Part shown: positions 12,801-26,500 of the stretch, piece after piece
Numbering within the stretch: the stretch's first letter is position 1
Layout: every line of letters starts with the position of its first letter
From: Eledone cirrhosa
Taxonomy: Eukaryota
DNA length: 64,000 bases
NCBI GenBank assembly: GCA_964016885.1
Contig: OZ024740.1
Span: 422,282,001-422,346,000, forward strand
Reading direction: 5' to 3'
Made by a program: the position numbers and the translations under genes
The notes under the pieces: generated by a model
Seen by the model: only the letters and a program-made list of their open reading frames with translations
Databases searched by the model: none
What the model was told of the DNA's origin: nothing

Positions 12801-15800
12801 AATATTGTCTACCATTCTCTCCACTGTGGACTTTAGCAGACTGTCTTGGACTCCTCTGAGTCTCTAACAAATATTGTCCACCATTCTCTCCACTGTGGAC
12901 TTTAGCAGACTGTCTTGGACTTCTCTGAGTCTCTAACATATATTGTCCACCATTCTCTCCACTGTGGACTTTAGCAGACTGTCTTGGACTTCTCTGAGTC
13001 TCTAACAAATATTGTCCACCATTCTGTCCACTGTGGACTTTAGCAGACTGTCTTGGATTCCTCTGAGTCTCTAACAAATATTGTCCACCATTCTCTCCAC
13101 TGTGGACTTTAGCAGACTGTCTTGGACTTCTCTGAGTCTCTAACAAATATTGTCCACCATTCTCTCCACTGTGGACTTTAGCAGACTGTCTTGAACTTCT
13201 CTGAGTCTCTAACAAATATTGTCTACATTCTCTCCACTGTGGACTTTAGCAGACTGTCTTGGACTCCTCTGAGTCTCTAACAAATATTGTCTACCATTCT
13301 CTCCACTGTGGACTTTAGCAGACTGTCTTGGATTCCTCTGAGTCTCTAACAAATAATGTCCACCATTCTCTCCACTGTGGAGTTTAGCAGACTGTCTTGG
13401 ACTCCTCTGAGTTTCTAACATATATTGTCCACCATTCTCGCAACTGTGGACTTTAGCAGACTGTCTTGGATTCCTCTGAGTCTCTAACAAATATTGTCTA
13501 CCATTCTCTCCACTGTAGACTTTAGCAGATTGTCTTGGACTTCTCTGAGTCTCTAACAAATATTGTCCACCATTCTCTGCACTGTGGATTTTAGCAGACT
13601 GTCTTGGACTTCTCTGAGTCTCTAACAAATTTTGTCCACCATTCTCTCCACTGTAGACTTTAGTAGACTGTCTTGGATTCCTCTGAGTCTCTAACATATA
13701 TTGTCTACCATTCTCTCCAATGTAGACTTTAGCAGACTGTTTTGGACTCCTCTGAGTCTCTAACAAATATTGTCTACCATTCTCTCCAGTGTAGATTTTA
13801 GCAGACTGTCTTGGACTCCTCTGAGTCTCTAACATATATTGTCTACCATTCTCTCCAATGTAGACTTTAGCAGACTGTTTTGGACTCCTCTGAGTCTCTA
13901 ACAAATATTGACCACAATTCTCTCCACTGTGGACATTAGCAGACTGTCTTGGATTCCTCTGAGACTCTAAAAAATATTGCCCACCATTCTGTCCACTGTG
14001 GACTTTAGCAGACTGTCTTGGATTCCTCTGAGTCTCTAACAAATATTGTCCACCATACTCTCCACTGTGGATTTTAGCAGACTGTCTTGGACTCTTCTGA
14101 GTCTCTAACAAATATTGTCTACCATTCTCTCCACTGTGGACTTTAGCAGACTGTCTTGGACTTCTCTGAGTCTCTAACAAATATTGTCCACCATTCTCTC
14201 CACTGTGGACTTTAGTAGACTGTCTTGGACTTCTCTGAGTCTCTAACAAATATTGTCTACCATTCTCTCCACTGTGGACTTTAGCAGACTGTCTTGGACT
14301 CCTCTGAGTCTCTAACATATATTGTCCACCATTCTCTCAACTGTGGACTTTAGCAGACTGTCTTGGATTCCTCTGAGTCTCTAACAAATATTGTCCACCA
14401 TTCTCTCCACTGTGGACTTTAGCAGACTGTCTTGGACTTCTCTGAGTCTCTAACAAATATTGTCCACCATTCTCTCCACTGTGGACTTTAGCAGACTGTC
14501 TTGGACTCTTCTGAGTCTCTAACAAATATTGTCTACCATTCTCTCCACTGTGGACTTTAGCAGACTGTCTTGGATTCCTCTGAGTCTCTAACAAATATTG
14601 TCCACCATTCTCTCCACTGTGGACTTTAGCAGACTGTCTTGGACTTCTCTGAGTCTCTAACAAATATTGTCCACCATTCTCTCCACTGTGGACTTTAGCA
14701 GACTGTCTTGGACTCTTCTGAGTCGCTAACAAATATTGTCTACCATTCTCTCCACTGTGGACTTTAGCAGACTATCTTGGACTTCTCTGAGTCTCTAACA
14801 AATATTGTCCACCATTCTCTCCACTGTGGACTTTAGTAGACTGTCTTGGATTCCTCTGAGTCTCTAACAAATATTGTCCACCATTCTCTCCACTGTGGAC
14901 TTTAGCAGACTGTCTTGGACTTCTCTGAGTCTCTAACAAATATTGTCCACCATTCTCTCCACTGTGGACTTTAGCAGACTGTCTTGGACTCTTCTGAGTC
15001 TCTAACAAATATTGTCTACCATTCTCTCCACTGTGGACTTTAGCAGACTATCTTGGACTTCTCTGAGTCTCTAACAAATATTGTCCACCATTCTCTCCAC
15101 TGTGGACTTTAGTAGACTGTCTTGGACTTCTCTGAGTCTCTAACAAATATTGTCTACCATTCTCTCCACTGTGGACTTTAGCAGACTGTCTTGGATTCCT
15201 CTGAGTCTCTAACAAATATTGTCTACCATTCTCTCCACTGTGGACTTTAGCAGACTGTCTTGGACTTCTCTGAGTCTCTAACAAATATTGTCCACCATTC
15301 TCTCCACTGTGGACTTTAGTAGACTGTCTTGGACTTCTCTGAGTCTCTAACAAATATTGTCTACCATTCTCTCCACTGTGGACTTTAGCAGACTGTCTTG
15401 GACTCCTCTGAGTCTCTAACATATATTGTCCACCATTCCCTCCACTGTGGACTTTAGCAGACTGTCTTGGACTTCTCTGAGTCTCTAACAAATATTGTCC
15501 ACCATTCTCTCCACTGTGGACTTTAGTAGACTGTCTTGGACTTCTCTGAGTCTCTAACAAATATTGTCTACCATTCTCTCCACTGTGGACTTTAGCAGAC
15601 TGTCTTGGACTCCTCTGAGTCTCTAACATATATTGTCCACCATTCTCTCCACTGTGGACTTTAGCAGACTGTCTTGGACTTCTCTGAGTCTCTAACAAAT
15701 ATTGTCTACCATTCTCTCCACTGTGGACTTTAGCAGACTGTCTTGGACTCCTCTGAGTCTCTAACAAATATTGTCCACCATTCTCTCCACTGTGGACTTT

Positions 15801-18800
15801 AGCAGACTGTCTTGGACTTCTCTGAGTCTCTAACATATATTGTCCACCATTCTCTCCACTGTGGACTTTAGCAGACTGTCTTGGACTTCTCTGAGTCTCT
15901 AACAAATATTGTCCACCATTCTGTCCACTGTGGACTTTAGCAGACTGTCTTGGATTCCTCTGAGTCTCTAACAAATATTGTCCACCATTCTCTCCACTGT
16001 GGACTTTAGCAGACTGTCTTGGACTTCTCTGAGTCTCTAACAAATATTGTCCACCATTCTCTCCACTGTGGACTTTAGCAGACTGTCTTGAACTTCTCTG
16101 AGTCTCTAACAAATATTGTCTACATTCTCTCCACTGTGGACTTTAGCAGACTGTCTTGGACTCCTCTGAGTCTCTAACAAATATTGTCTACCATTCTCTC
16201 CACTGTGGACTTTAGCAGACTGTCTTGGATTCCTCTGAGTCTCTAACAAATAATGTCCACCATTCTCTCCACTGTGGAGTTTAGCAGACTGTCTTGGACT
16301 CCTCTGAGTCTCTAACATATATTGTCCACCATTCTCGCAACTGTGGACTTTAGCAGACTGTCTTGGATTCCTCTGAGTCTCTAACAAATATTGTCTACCA
16401 TTCTCTCCACTGTAGACTTTAGCAGATTGTCTTGGACTTCTCTGAGTCTCTAACAAATATTGTCCACCATTCTCTGCACTGTGGATTTTAGCAGACTGTC
16501 TTGGACTTCTCTGAGTCTCTAACAAATTTTGTCCACCATTCTCTCCACTGTAGACTTTAGTAGACTGTCTTGGATTCCTCTGAGTCTCTAACATATATTG
16601 TCTACCATTCTCTCCAATGTAGACTTTAGCAGACTGTTTTGGACTCCTCTGAGTCTCTAACAAATATTGTCTACCATTCTCTCCAGTGTAGATTTTAGCA
16701 GACTGTCTTGGACTCCTCTGAGTCTCTAACATATATTGTCTACCATTCTCTCCAATGTAGACTTTAGCAGACTGTTTTGGACTCCTCTGAGTCTCTAACA
16801 AATATTGACCACAATTCTCTCCACTGTGGACATTAGCAGACTGTCTTGGATTCCTCTGAGACTCTAAAAAATATTGCCCACCATTCTGTCCACTGTGGAC
16901 TTTAGCAGACTGTCTTGGATTCCTCTGAGTCTCTAACAAATATTGTCCACCATACTCTCCACTGTGGATTTTAGCAGACTGTCTTGGACTCTTCTGAGTC
17001 TCTAACAAATATTGTCTACCATTCTCTCCACTGTGGACTTTAGCAGACTGTCTTGGACTTCTCTGAGTCTCTAACAAATATTGTCCACCATTCTCTCCAC
17101 TGTGGACTTTAGTAGACTGTCTTGGACTTCTCTGAGTCTCTAACAAATATTGTCTACCATTCTCTCCACTGTGGACTTTAGCAGACTGTCTTGGACTCCT
17201 CTGAGTCTCTAACATATATTGTCCACCATTCTCTCAACTGTGGACTTTAGCAGACTGTCTTGGATTCCTCTGAGTCTCTAACAAATATTGTCCACCATTC
17301 TCTCCACTGTGGACTTTAGCAGACTGTCTTGGACTTCTCTGAGTCTCTAACAAATATTGTCCACCATTCTCTCCACTGTGGACTTTAGCAGACTGTCTTG
17401 GACTCTTCTGAGTCTCTAACAAATATTGTCTACCATTCTCTCCACTGTGGACTTTAGCAGACTGTCTTGGATTCCTCTGAGTCTCTAACAAATATTGTCC
17501 ACCATTCTCTCCACTGTGGACTTTAGCAGACTGTCTTGGACTTCTCTGAGTCTCTAACAAATATTGTCCACCATTCTCTCCACTGTGGACTTTAGCAGAC
17601 TGTCTTGGACTCTTCTGAGTCGCTAACAAATATTGTCTACCATTCTCTCCACTGTGGACTTTAGCAGACTATCTTGGACTTCTCTGAGTCTCTAACAAAT
17701 ATTGTCCACCATTCTCTCCACTGTGGACTTTAGTAGACTGTCTTGGATTCCTCTGAGTCTCTAACAAATATTGTCCACCATTCTCTCCACTGTGGACTTT
17801 AGCAGACTGTCTTGGACTTCTCTGAGTCTCTAACAAATATTGTCCACCATTCTCTCCACTGTGGACTTTAGCAGACTGTCTTGGACTCTTCTGAGTCTCT
17901 AACAAATATTGTCTACCATTCTCTCCACTGTGGACTTTAGCAGACTATCTTGGACTTCTCTGAGTCTCTAACAAATATTGTCCACCATTCTCTCCACTGT
18001 GGACTTTAGTAGACTGTCTTGGACTTCTCTGAGTCTCTAACAAATATTGTCTACCATTCTCTCCACTGTGGACTTTAGCAGACTGTCTTGGATTCCTCTG
18101 AGTCTCTAACAAATATTGTCTACCATTCTCTCCACTGTGGACTTTAGCAGACTGTCTTGGACTTCTCTGAGTCTCTAACAAATATTGTCCACCATTCTCT
18201 CCACTGTGGACTTTAGTAGACTGTCTTGGACTTCTCTGAGTCTCTAACAAATATTGTCTACCATTCTCTCCACTGTGGACTTTAGCAGACTGTCTTGGAC
18301 TCCTCTGAGTCTCTAACATATATTGTCCACCATTCTCTCCACTGTGGACTTTAGCAGACTGTCTTGGACTTCTCTGAGTCTCTAACAAATATTGTCTACC
18401 ATTCTCTCCACTGTGGACTTTAGCAGACTGTCTTGGACTCCTCTGTGTCTCTAACAAATATTGTCCACCATTCTCTCCACTGTGGACTTTAGCAGACTGT
18501 CTTGGACTTCTCTGAGTCTCTAACATATATTGTCCACCATTCTCTCCACTGTGGACTTTAGCAGACTGTCTTGGACTTCTCTGAGTCTCTAACAAATATT
18601 GTCCACCATTCTGTCCACTGTGGACTTTAGCAGACTGTCTTGGATTCCTCTGAGTCTCTAACAAATATTGTCCACCATTCTCTCCACTGTGGACTTTAGC
18701 AGACTGTCTTGGACTTCTCTGAGTCTCTAACAAATATTGTCCACCATTCTCTCCACTGTGGACTTTAGCAGACTGTCTTGAACTTCTCTGAGTCTCTAAC

Positions 18801-20200
18801 AAATATTGTCTACATTCTCTCCACTGTGGACTTTAGCAGACTGTCTTGGACTCCTCTGAGTCTCTAACAAATATTGTCTACCATTCTCTCCACTGTGGAC
18901 TTTAGCAGACTGTCTTGGATTCCTCTGAGTCTCTAACAAATAATGTCCACCATTCTCTCCACTGTGGAGTTTAGCAGACTGTCTTGGACTCCTCTGAGTC
19001 TCTAACATATATTGTCCACCATTCTCGCAACTGTGGACTTTAGCAGACTGTCTTGGATTCCTCTGAGTCTCTAACAAATATTGTCTACCATTCTCTCCAC
19101 TGTAGACTTTAGCAGATTGTCTTGGACTTCTCTGAGTCTCTAACAAATATTGTCCACCATTCTCTGCACTGTGGATTTTAGCAGACTGTCTTGGACTTCT
19201 CTGAGTCTCTAACAAATTTTGTCCACCATTCTCTCCACTGTAGACTTTAGTAGACTGTCTTGGATTCCTCTGAGTCTCTAACATATATTGTCTACCATTC
19301 TCTCCAATGTAGACTTTAGCAGACTGTTTTGGACTCCTCTGAGTCTCTAACAAATATTGTCTACCATTCTCTCCAGTGTAGATTTTAGCAGACTGTCTTG
19401 GACTCCTCTGAGTCTCTAACATATATTGTCTACCATTCTCTCCAATGTAGACTTTAGCAGACTGTTTTGGACTCCTCTGAGTCTCTAACAAATATTGACC
19501 ACAATTCTCTCCACTGTGGACATTAGCAGACTGTCTTGGATTCCTCTGAGACTCTAAAAAATATTGCCCACCATTCTGTCCACTGTGGACTTTAGCAGAC
19601 TGTCTTGGATTCCTCTGAGTCTCTAACAAATATTGTCCACCATACTCTCCACTGTGGATTTTAGCAGACTGTCTTGGACTCTTCTGAGTCTCTAACAAAT
19701 ATTGTCTACCATTCTCTCCACTGTGGACTTTAGCAGACTGTCTTGGACTTCTCTGAGTCTCTAACAAATATTGTCCACCATTCTCTCCACTGTGGACTTT
19801 AGTAGACTGTCTTGGACTTCTCTGAGTCTCTAACAAATATTGTCTACCATTCTCTCCACTGTGGACTTTAGCAGACTGTCTTGGACTCCTCTGAGTCTCT
19901 AACATATATTGTCCACCATTCTCTCAACTGTGGACTTTAGCAGACTGTCTTGGATTCCTCTGAGTCTCTAACAAATATTGTCCACCATTCTCTCCACTGT
20001 GGACTTTAGCAGACTGTCTTGGACTTCTCTGAGTCTCTAACAAATATTGTCCACCATTCTCTCCACTGTGGACTTTAGCAGACTGTCTTGGACTCTTCTG
20101 AGTCTCTAACAAATATTGTCTACCATTCTCTCCACTGTGGACTTTAGCAGACTGTCTTGGATTCCTCTGAGTCTCTAACAAATATTGTCCACCATTCTCT
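12350..20200. repeat. Higher-order repeat, 2897/2690-bp units (42 and 39 monomers minus 1 bp), about 3 copies; boundaries approximate
   Basis: An identical 369-aa ORF occurs at 13209, 16106 and 18796. Shared markers are GTCTACATTC, CTCGCAA (13440/16337/19027), AAATTTTG, and GTCGCTA (about 14725/17622). Confidence 0.92.
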
Positions 20201-20219
20201 CCACTGTGGACTTTAGCAG

Positions 20220-23200
20220 ACTGTCTTGGACTTCTCTGAGTCTCTAACAAATATTGTCTACCATTCTCTCCACTGTGGACTTTAGCAGACTGTCTTGGAC
20301 TCCTCTGAGTCTCTAACAAATATTGTCCACCATTCTCTCCACTGTGGACTTTAGCAGACTGTCTTGGACTTCTCTGAGTCTCTAACATATATTGTCCACC
20401 ATTCTCTCCACTGTGGACTTTAGCAGACTGTCTTGGACTTCTCTGAGTCTCTAACAAATATTGTCCACCATTCTGTCCACTGTGGACTTTAGCAGACTGT
20501 CTTGGATTCCTCTGAGTCTCTAACAAATATTGTCCACCATTCTCTCCACTGTGGACTTTAGCAGACTGTCTTGGACTTCTCTGAGTCTCTAACAAATATT
20601 GTCCACCATTCTCTCCACTGTGGACTTTAGCAGACTGTCTTGAACTTCTCTGAGTCTCTAACAAATATTGTCCACATTCTCTCCACTGTGGACTTTAGCA
20701 GACTGTCTTGGACTCCTCTGAGTCTCTAACAAATATTGTCTACCATTCTCTCCACTGTGGACTTTAGCAGACTGTCTTGGATTCCTCTGAGTCTCTAACA
20801 AATAATGTCCACCATTCTCTCCACTGTGGAGTTTAGCAGACTGTCTTGGACTCCTCTGAGTCTCTAACATATATTGTCCACCATTCTCTCAACTGTGGAC
20901 TTTAGCAGACTGTCTTGGATTCCTCTGAGTCTCTAACAAATATTGTCTACCATTCTCTCCACTGTAGACTTTAGCAGATTGTCTTGGACTTCTCTGAGTC
21001 TCTAACAAATATTGTCCACCATTCTCTGCACTGTGGATTTTAGCAGACTGTCTTGGACTTCTCTGAGTCTCTAACAAATATTGTCCACCATTCTCTCCAC
21101 TGTAGACTTTAGTAGACTGTCTTGGATTCCTCTAAGTCTCTAACATATATTGTCTACCATTCTCTCCAATGTAGACTTTAGCAGACTGTTTTGGACTCCT
21201 CTGAGTCTCTAACAAATATTGTCTAACATTCTCTCCAGTGTAGATTTTAGCAGACTGTCTTGGACTCCTCTGAGTCTCTAACATATATTGTCTACCATTC
21301 TCTCCAATGTAGACTTTAGCAGACTGTTTTGGACTCCTCTGAGTCTCTAACAAATATTGACCACAATTCTCTCCACTGTGGACATTAGCAGACTGTCTTG
21401 GATTCCTCTGAGACTCTAAAAAATATTGCCCACCATTCTGTCCACTGTGGACTTTAGCAGACTGTCTTGGATTCCTCTGAGTCTCTAACAAATATTGTCC
21501 ACCATTCTCTCCACTGTGGACTTTAGCAGACTGTCTTGGACTCTTCTGAGTCGCTAACAAATATTGTCTACCATTCTCTCCACTGTGGACTTTAGCAGAC
21601 TATCTTGGACTTCTCTGAGTCTCTAACAAATATTGTCCACCATTCTCTCCACTGTGGACTTTAGTAGACTGTCTTGGATTCCTCTGAGTCTCTAACAAAT
21701 ATTGTCCACCATTCTCTCCACTGTGGACTTTAGCAGACTGTCTTGGACTTCTCTGAGTCTCTAACAAATATTGTCCACCATTCTCTCCACTGTGGACTTT
21801 AGCAGACTGTCTTGGACTCTTCTGAGTCTCTAACAAATATTGTCTACCATTCTCTCCACTGTGGACTTTAGCAGACTATCTTGGACTTCTCTGAGTCTCT
21901 AACAAATATTGTCCACCATTCTCTCCACTGTGGACTTTAGTAGACTGTCTTGGACTTCTCTGAGTCTCTAACAAATATTGTCTACCATTCTCTCCACTGT
22001 GGACTTTAGCAGACTGTCTTGGATTCCTCTGAGTCTCTAACAAATATTGTCTACCATTCTCTCCACTGTGGACTTTAGCAGACTGTCTTGGACTTCTCTG
22101 AGTCTCTAACAAATATTGTCCACCATTCTCTCCACTGTGGACTTTAGTAGACTGTCTTGGACTTCTCTGAGTCTCTAACAAATATTGTCTACCATTCTCT
22201 CCACTGTGGACTTTAGCAGACTGTCTTGGACTCCTCTGAGTCTCTAACATATATTGTCCACCATTCTCTCCACTGTGGACTTTAGCAGACTGTCTTGGAC
22301 TTCTCTGAGTCTCTAACAAATATTGTCTACCATTCTCTCCACTGTGGACTTTAGCAGACTGTCTTGGACTCCTCTGAGTCTCTAACAAATATTGTCCACC
22401 ATTCTCTCCACTGTGGACTTTAGCAGACTGTCTTGGACTTCTCTGAGTCTCTAACATATATTGTCCACCATTCTCTCCACTGTGGACTTTAGCAGACTGT
22501 CTTGGACTTCTCTGAGTCTCTAACAAATATTGTCCACCATTCTGTCCACTGTGGACTTTAGCAGACTGTCTTGGATTCCTCTGAGTCTCTAACAAATATT
22601 GTCCACCATTCTCTCCACTGTGGACTTTAGCAGACTGTCTTGGACTTCTCTGAGTCTCTAACAAATATTGTCCACCATTCTCTCCACTGTGGACTTTAGC
22701 AGACTGTCTTGAACTTCTCTGAGTCTCTAACAAATATTGTCCACATTCTCTCCACTGTGGACTTTAGCAGACTGTCTTGGACTCCTCTGAGTCTCTAACA
22801 AATATTGTCTACCATTCTCTCCACTGTGGACTTTAGCAGACTGTCTTGGATTCCTCTGAGTCTCTAACAAATAATGTCCACCATTCTCTCCACTGTGGAG
22901 TTTAGCAGACTGTCTTGGACTCCTCTGAGTCTCTAACATATATTGTCCACCATTCTCTCAACTGTGGACTTTAGCAGACTGTCTTGGATTCCTCTGAGTC
23001 TCTAACAAATATTGTCTACCATTCTCTCCACTGTAGACTTTAGCAGATTGTCTTGGACTTCTCTGAGTCTCTAACAAATATTGTCCACCATTCTCTGCAC
23101 TGTGGATTTTAGCAGACTGTCTTGGACTTCTCTGAGTCTCTAACAAATATTGTCCACCATTCTCTCCACTGTAGACTTTAGTAGACTGTCTTGGATTCCT

Positions 23201-23570
23201 CTAAGTCTCTAACATATATTGTCTACCATTCTCTCCAATGTAGACTTTAGCAGACTGTTTTGGACTCCTCTGAGTCTCTAACAAATATTGTCTAACATTC
23301 TCTCCAGTGTAGATTTTAGCAGACTGTCTTGGACTCCTCTGAGTCTCTAACATATATTGTCTACCATTCTCTCCAATGTAGACTTTAGCAGACTGTTTTG
23401 GACTCCTCTGAGTCTCTAACAAATATTGACCACAATTCTCTCCACTGTGGACATTAGCAGACTGTCTTGGATTCCTCTGAGACTCTAAAAAATATTGCCC
23501 ACCATTCTGTCCACTGTGGACTTTAGCAGACTGTCTTGGATTCCTCTGAGTCTCTAACAAATATTGTCCA
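20220..23570. repeat. Partial duplication at 2069-bp offset (a second, distinct 30-mer); boundaries approximate
   Basis: ORFs at 20658/22727, 20889/22958 and 21132/23201. Shared markers are CTCTAAGTC (about 21134/23203) and GTCTAACATT (about 21225/23294). Confidence 0.88.
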
Positions 23571-26500
23571 CCATACTCTCCACTGTGGATTTTAGCAGAC
23601 TGTCTTGGACTCTTCTGAGTCTCTAACAAATATTGTCTACCATTCTCTCCACTGTGGACTTTAGCAGACTGTCTTGGACTTCTCTGAGTCTCTAACAAAT
23701 ATTGTCCACCATTCTCTCCACTGTGGACTTTAGTAGACTGTCTTGGACTTCTCTGAGTCTCTAACAAATATTGTCTACCATTCTCTCCACTGTGGACTTT
23801 AGCAGACTGTCTTGGACTCCTCTGAGTCTCTAACATATATTGTCCACCATTCTCTCAACTGTGGACTTTAGCAGACTGTCTTGGATTCCTCTGAGTCTCT
23901 AACAAATATTGTCCACCATTCTCTCCACTGTGGACTTTAGCAGACTGTCTTGGACTTCTCTGAGTCTCTAACAAATATTGTCCACCATTCTCTCCACTGT
24001 GGACTTTAGCAGACTGTCTTGGACTCTTCTGAGTCTCTAACAAATATTGTCTACCATTCTCTCCACTGTGGACTTTAGCAGACTGTCTTGGATTCCTCTG
24101 AGTCTCTAACAAATATTGTCCACCATTCTCTCCACTGTGGACTTTAGCAGACTGTCTTGGACTTCTCTGAGTCTCTAACAAATATTGTCCACCATTCTCT
24201 CCACTGTGGACTTTAGCAGACTGTCTTGGACTCTTCTGAGTCTCTAACAAATATTGTCTACCAATCTCTCCACTGTGGACTTTAGCAGACTATCTTGGAC
24301 TTCTCTGAGTCTCTAACAAATATTGTCCACCATTCTCTCCACTGTGGACTTTAGTAGACTGTCTTGGACTTCTCTGAGTCTCTAACAAATATTGTCTACC
24401 ATTCTCTCCACTGTGGACTTTAGCAGACTGTCTTGGATTCCTCTGAGTCTCTAACAAATATTGTCTACCATTCTCTCCACTGTGGACTTTAGCAGACTGT
24501 CTTGGACTTCTCTGAGTCTCTAACAAATATTGTCCACCATTCTCTCCACTGTGGACTTTAGTAGACTGTCTTGGACTTCTCTGAGTCTCTAACAAATATT
24601 GTCTACCATTCTCTCCACTGTGGACTTTAGCAGACTGTCTTGGACTCCTCTGAGTCTCTAACATATATTGTCCACCATTCTCTCCACTGTGGACTTTAGC
24701 AGACTGTCTTGGACTTCTCTGAGTCTCTAACAAATATTGTCTACCATTCTCTCCACTGTGGACTTTAGCAGACTGTCTTGGACTCCTCTGAGTCTCTAAC
24801 AAATATTGTCCACCATTCTCTCCACTGTGGACTTTAGCAGACTGTCTTGGACTTCTCTGAGTCTCTAACATATATTGTCCACCATTCTCTCCACTGTGGA
24901 CTTTAGCAGACTGTCTTGGACTTCTCTGAGTCTCTAACAAATATTGTCTACCATTCTCTCCACTGTGGACTTTAGCAGACTGTCTTGGATTCCTCTGAGT
25001 CTCTAACAAATATTGTCCACCATTCTCTCCACTGTAGATTTTAGCAGACTGTCTTGGACTCCTCTGAGTCTCTAACAAATATTGTCCACCATTCTCTCCA
25101 CTGTGGACTTTAGCAGACTGTCTTGGATTCCTCTGAGTCTCTAACAAATATTGTCCACCATTCTGTTCACTGTGGACTTTAGCAGACTGTCTTGGATTCC
25201 TCTGAGTCTCTAACAAATATTGTCCACCATTCTCTCCACTTTGGACTCTAGCAGACTGTCTTGGACTTCTCTGAGTCTCTAACAAATATTGTCCACCATT
25301 CTCTCCACTGTAGACTTTAGCAGACTGTCTTGGATTCCTCTGAGTCTCTAACAAATATTGTCTATCATTCTCTCCACTGTAGACTTTAGCAGACTGTATT
25401 GGACTCCTCTGAGTCTCTAACAAATATTGTCTACCATTCTCTCCACTGTGGACTTTAGCAGACTGTCTTGGACTCCTCTGAGTCTCTAACAAATATTGTC
25501 CACCATTCTCTCCAATGTGGACTTTAGCAGACTGTCTTGGACTTCTCTGAGTCTCTAACATATATTGTCCACCATTCTCTCCACTGTGGACTTTAGCAGA
25601 CTGTCTTGGATTCCTCTGAGTCTCTAACAAATATTGTCTACCATTCTCTCCGCTGTAGATTTTAGCAGACTGTCTTGGATTCCTCTGAGTCTCTAACAAA
25701 TATTGTCCACCATTCTGTCCACTGTGGACTTTAGCAGACTGTCTTGGATTCCTCTGAGTCTCTAACAAATATTGTCCACCATTCTCTCCACTGTGGACTT
25801 TAGCAGACTGTCTTGGACTTCTCTGAGTCTCTAACAAATATTGTCCACCATTCTCTCCACTGTGGACTTTAGCAGACTGTCTTGAACTTCTCTGAGTCTC
25901 TAACAAATATTGTCCACATTCTCTCCACTGTGGACTTTAGCAGACTGTCTTGGACTCCTCTGAGTCTCTAACAAATATTGTCTACCATTCTCTCCACTGT
26001 GGACTTTAGCAGACTGTCTTGGATTCCTCTGAGTCTCTAACAAATAATGTCCACCATTCTCTCCACTGTGGAGTTTAGCAGACTGTCTTGGACTCCTCTG
26101 AGTCTCTAACATATATTGTCCACCATTCTCTCAACTGTGGACTTTAGCAGACTGTCTTGGATTCCTCTGAGTCTCTAACAAATATTGTCTACCATTCTCT
26201 CCACTGTAGACTTTAGCAGATTGTCTTGGACTTCTCTGAGTCTCTAACAAATATTGTCCACCATTCTCTGCACTGTGGATTTTAGCAGACTGTCTTGGAC
26301 TTCTCTGAGTCTCTAACAAATATTGTCCACCATTCTCTCCACTGTAGACTTTAGTAGACTGTCTTGGATTTCTCTGAGTCTCTAACATATATTGTCTACC
26401 ATTCTCTCCAATGTAGACTTTAGCAGACTGTTTTGGACTCCTCTGAGTCTCTAACAAATATTGTCTACCATTCTCTCCAGTGTAGATTTTAGCAGACTGT

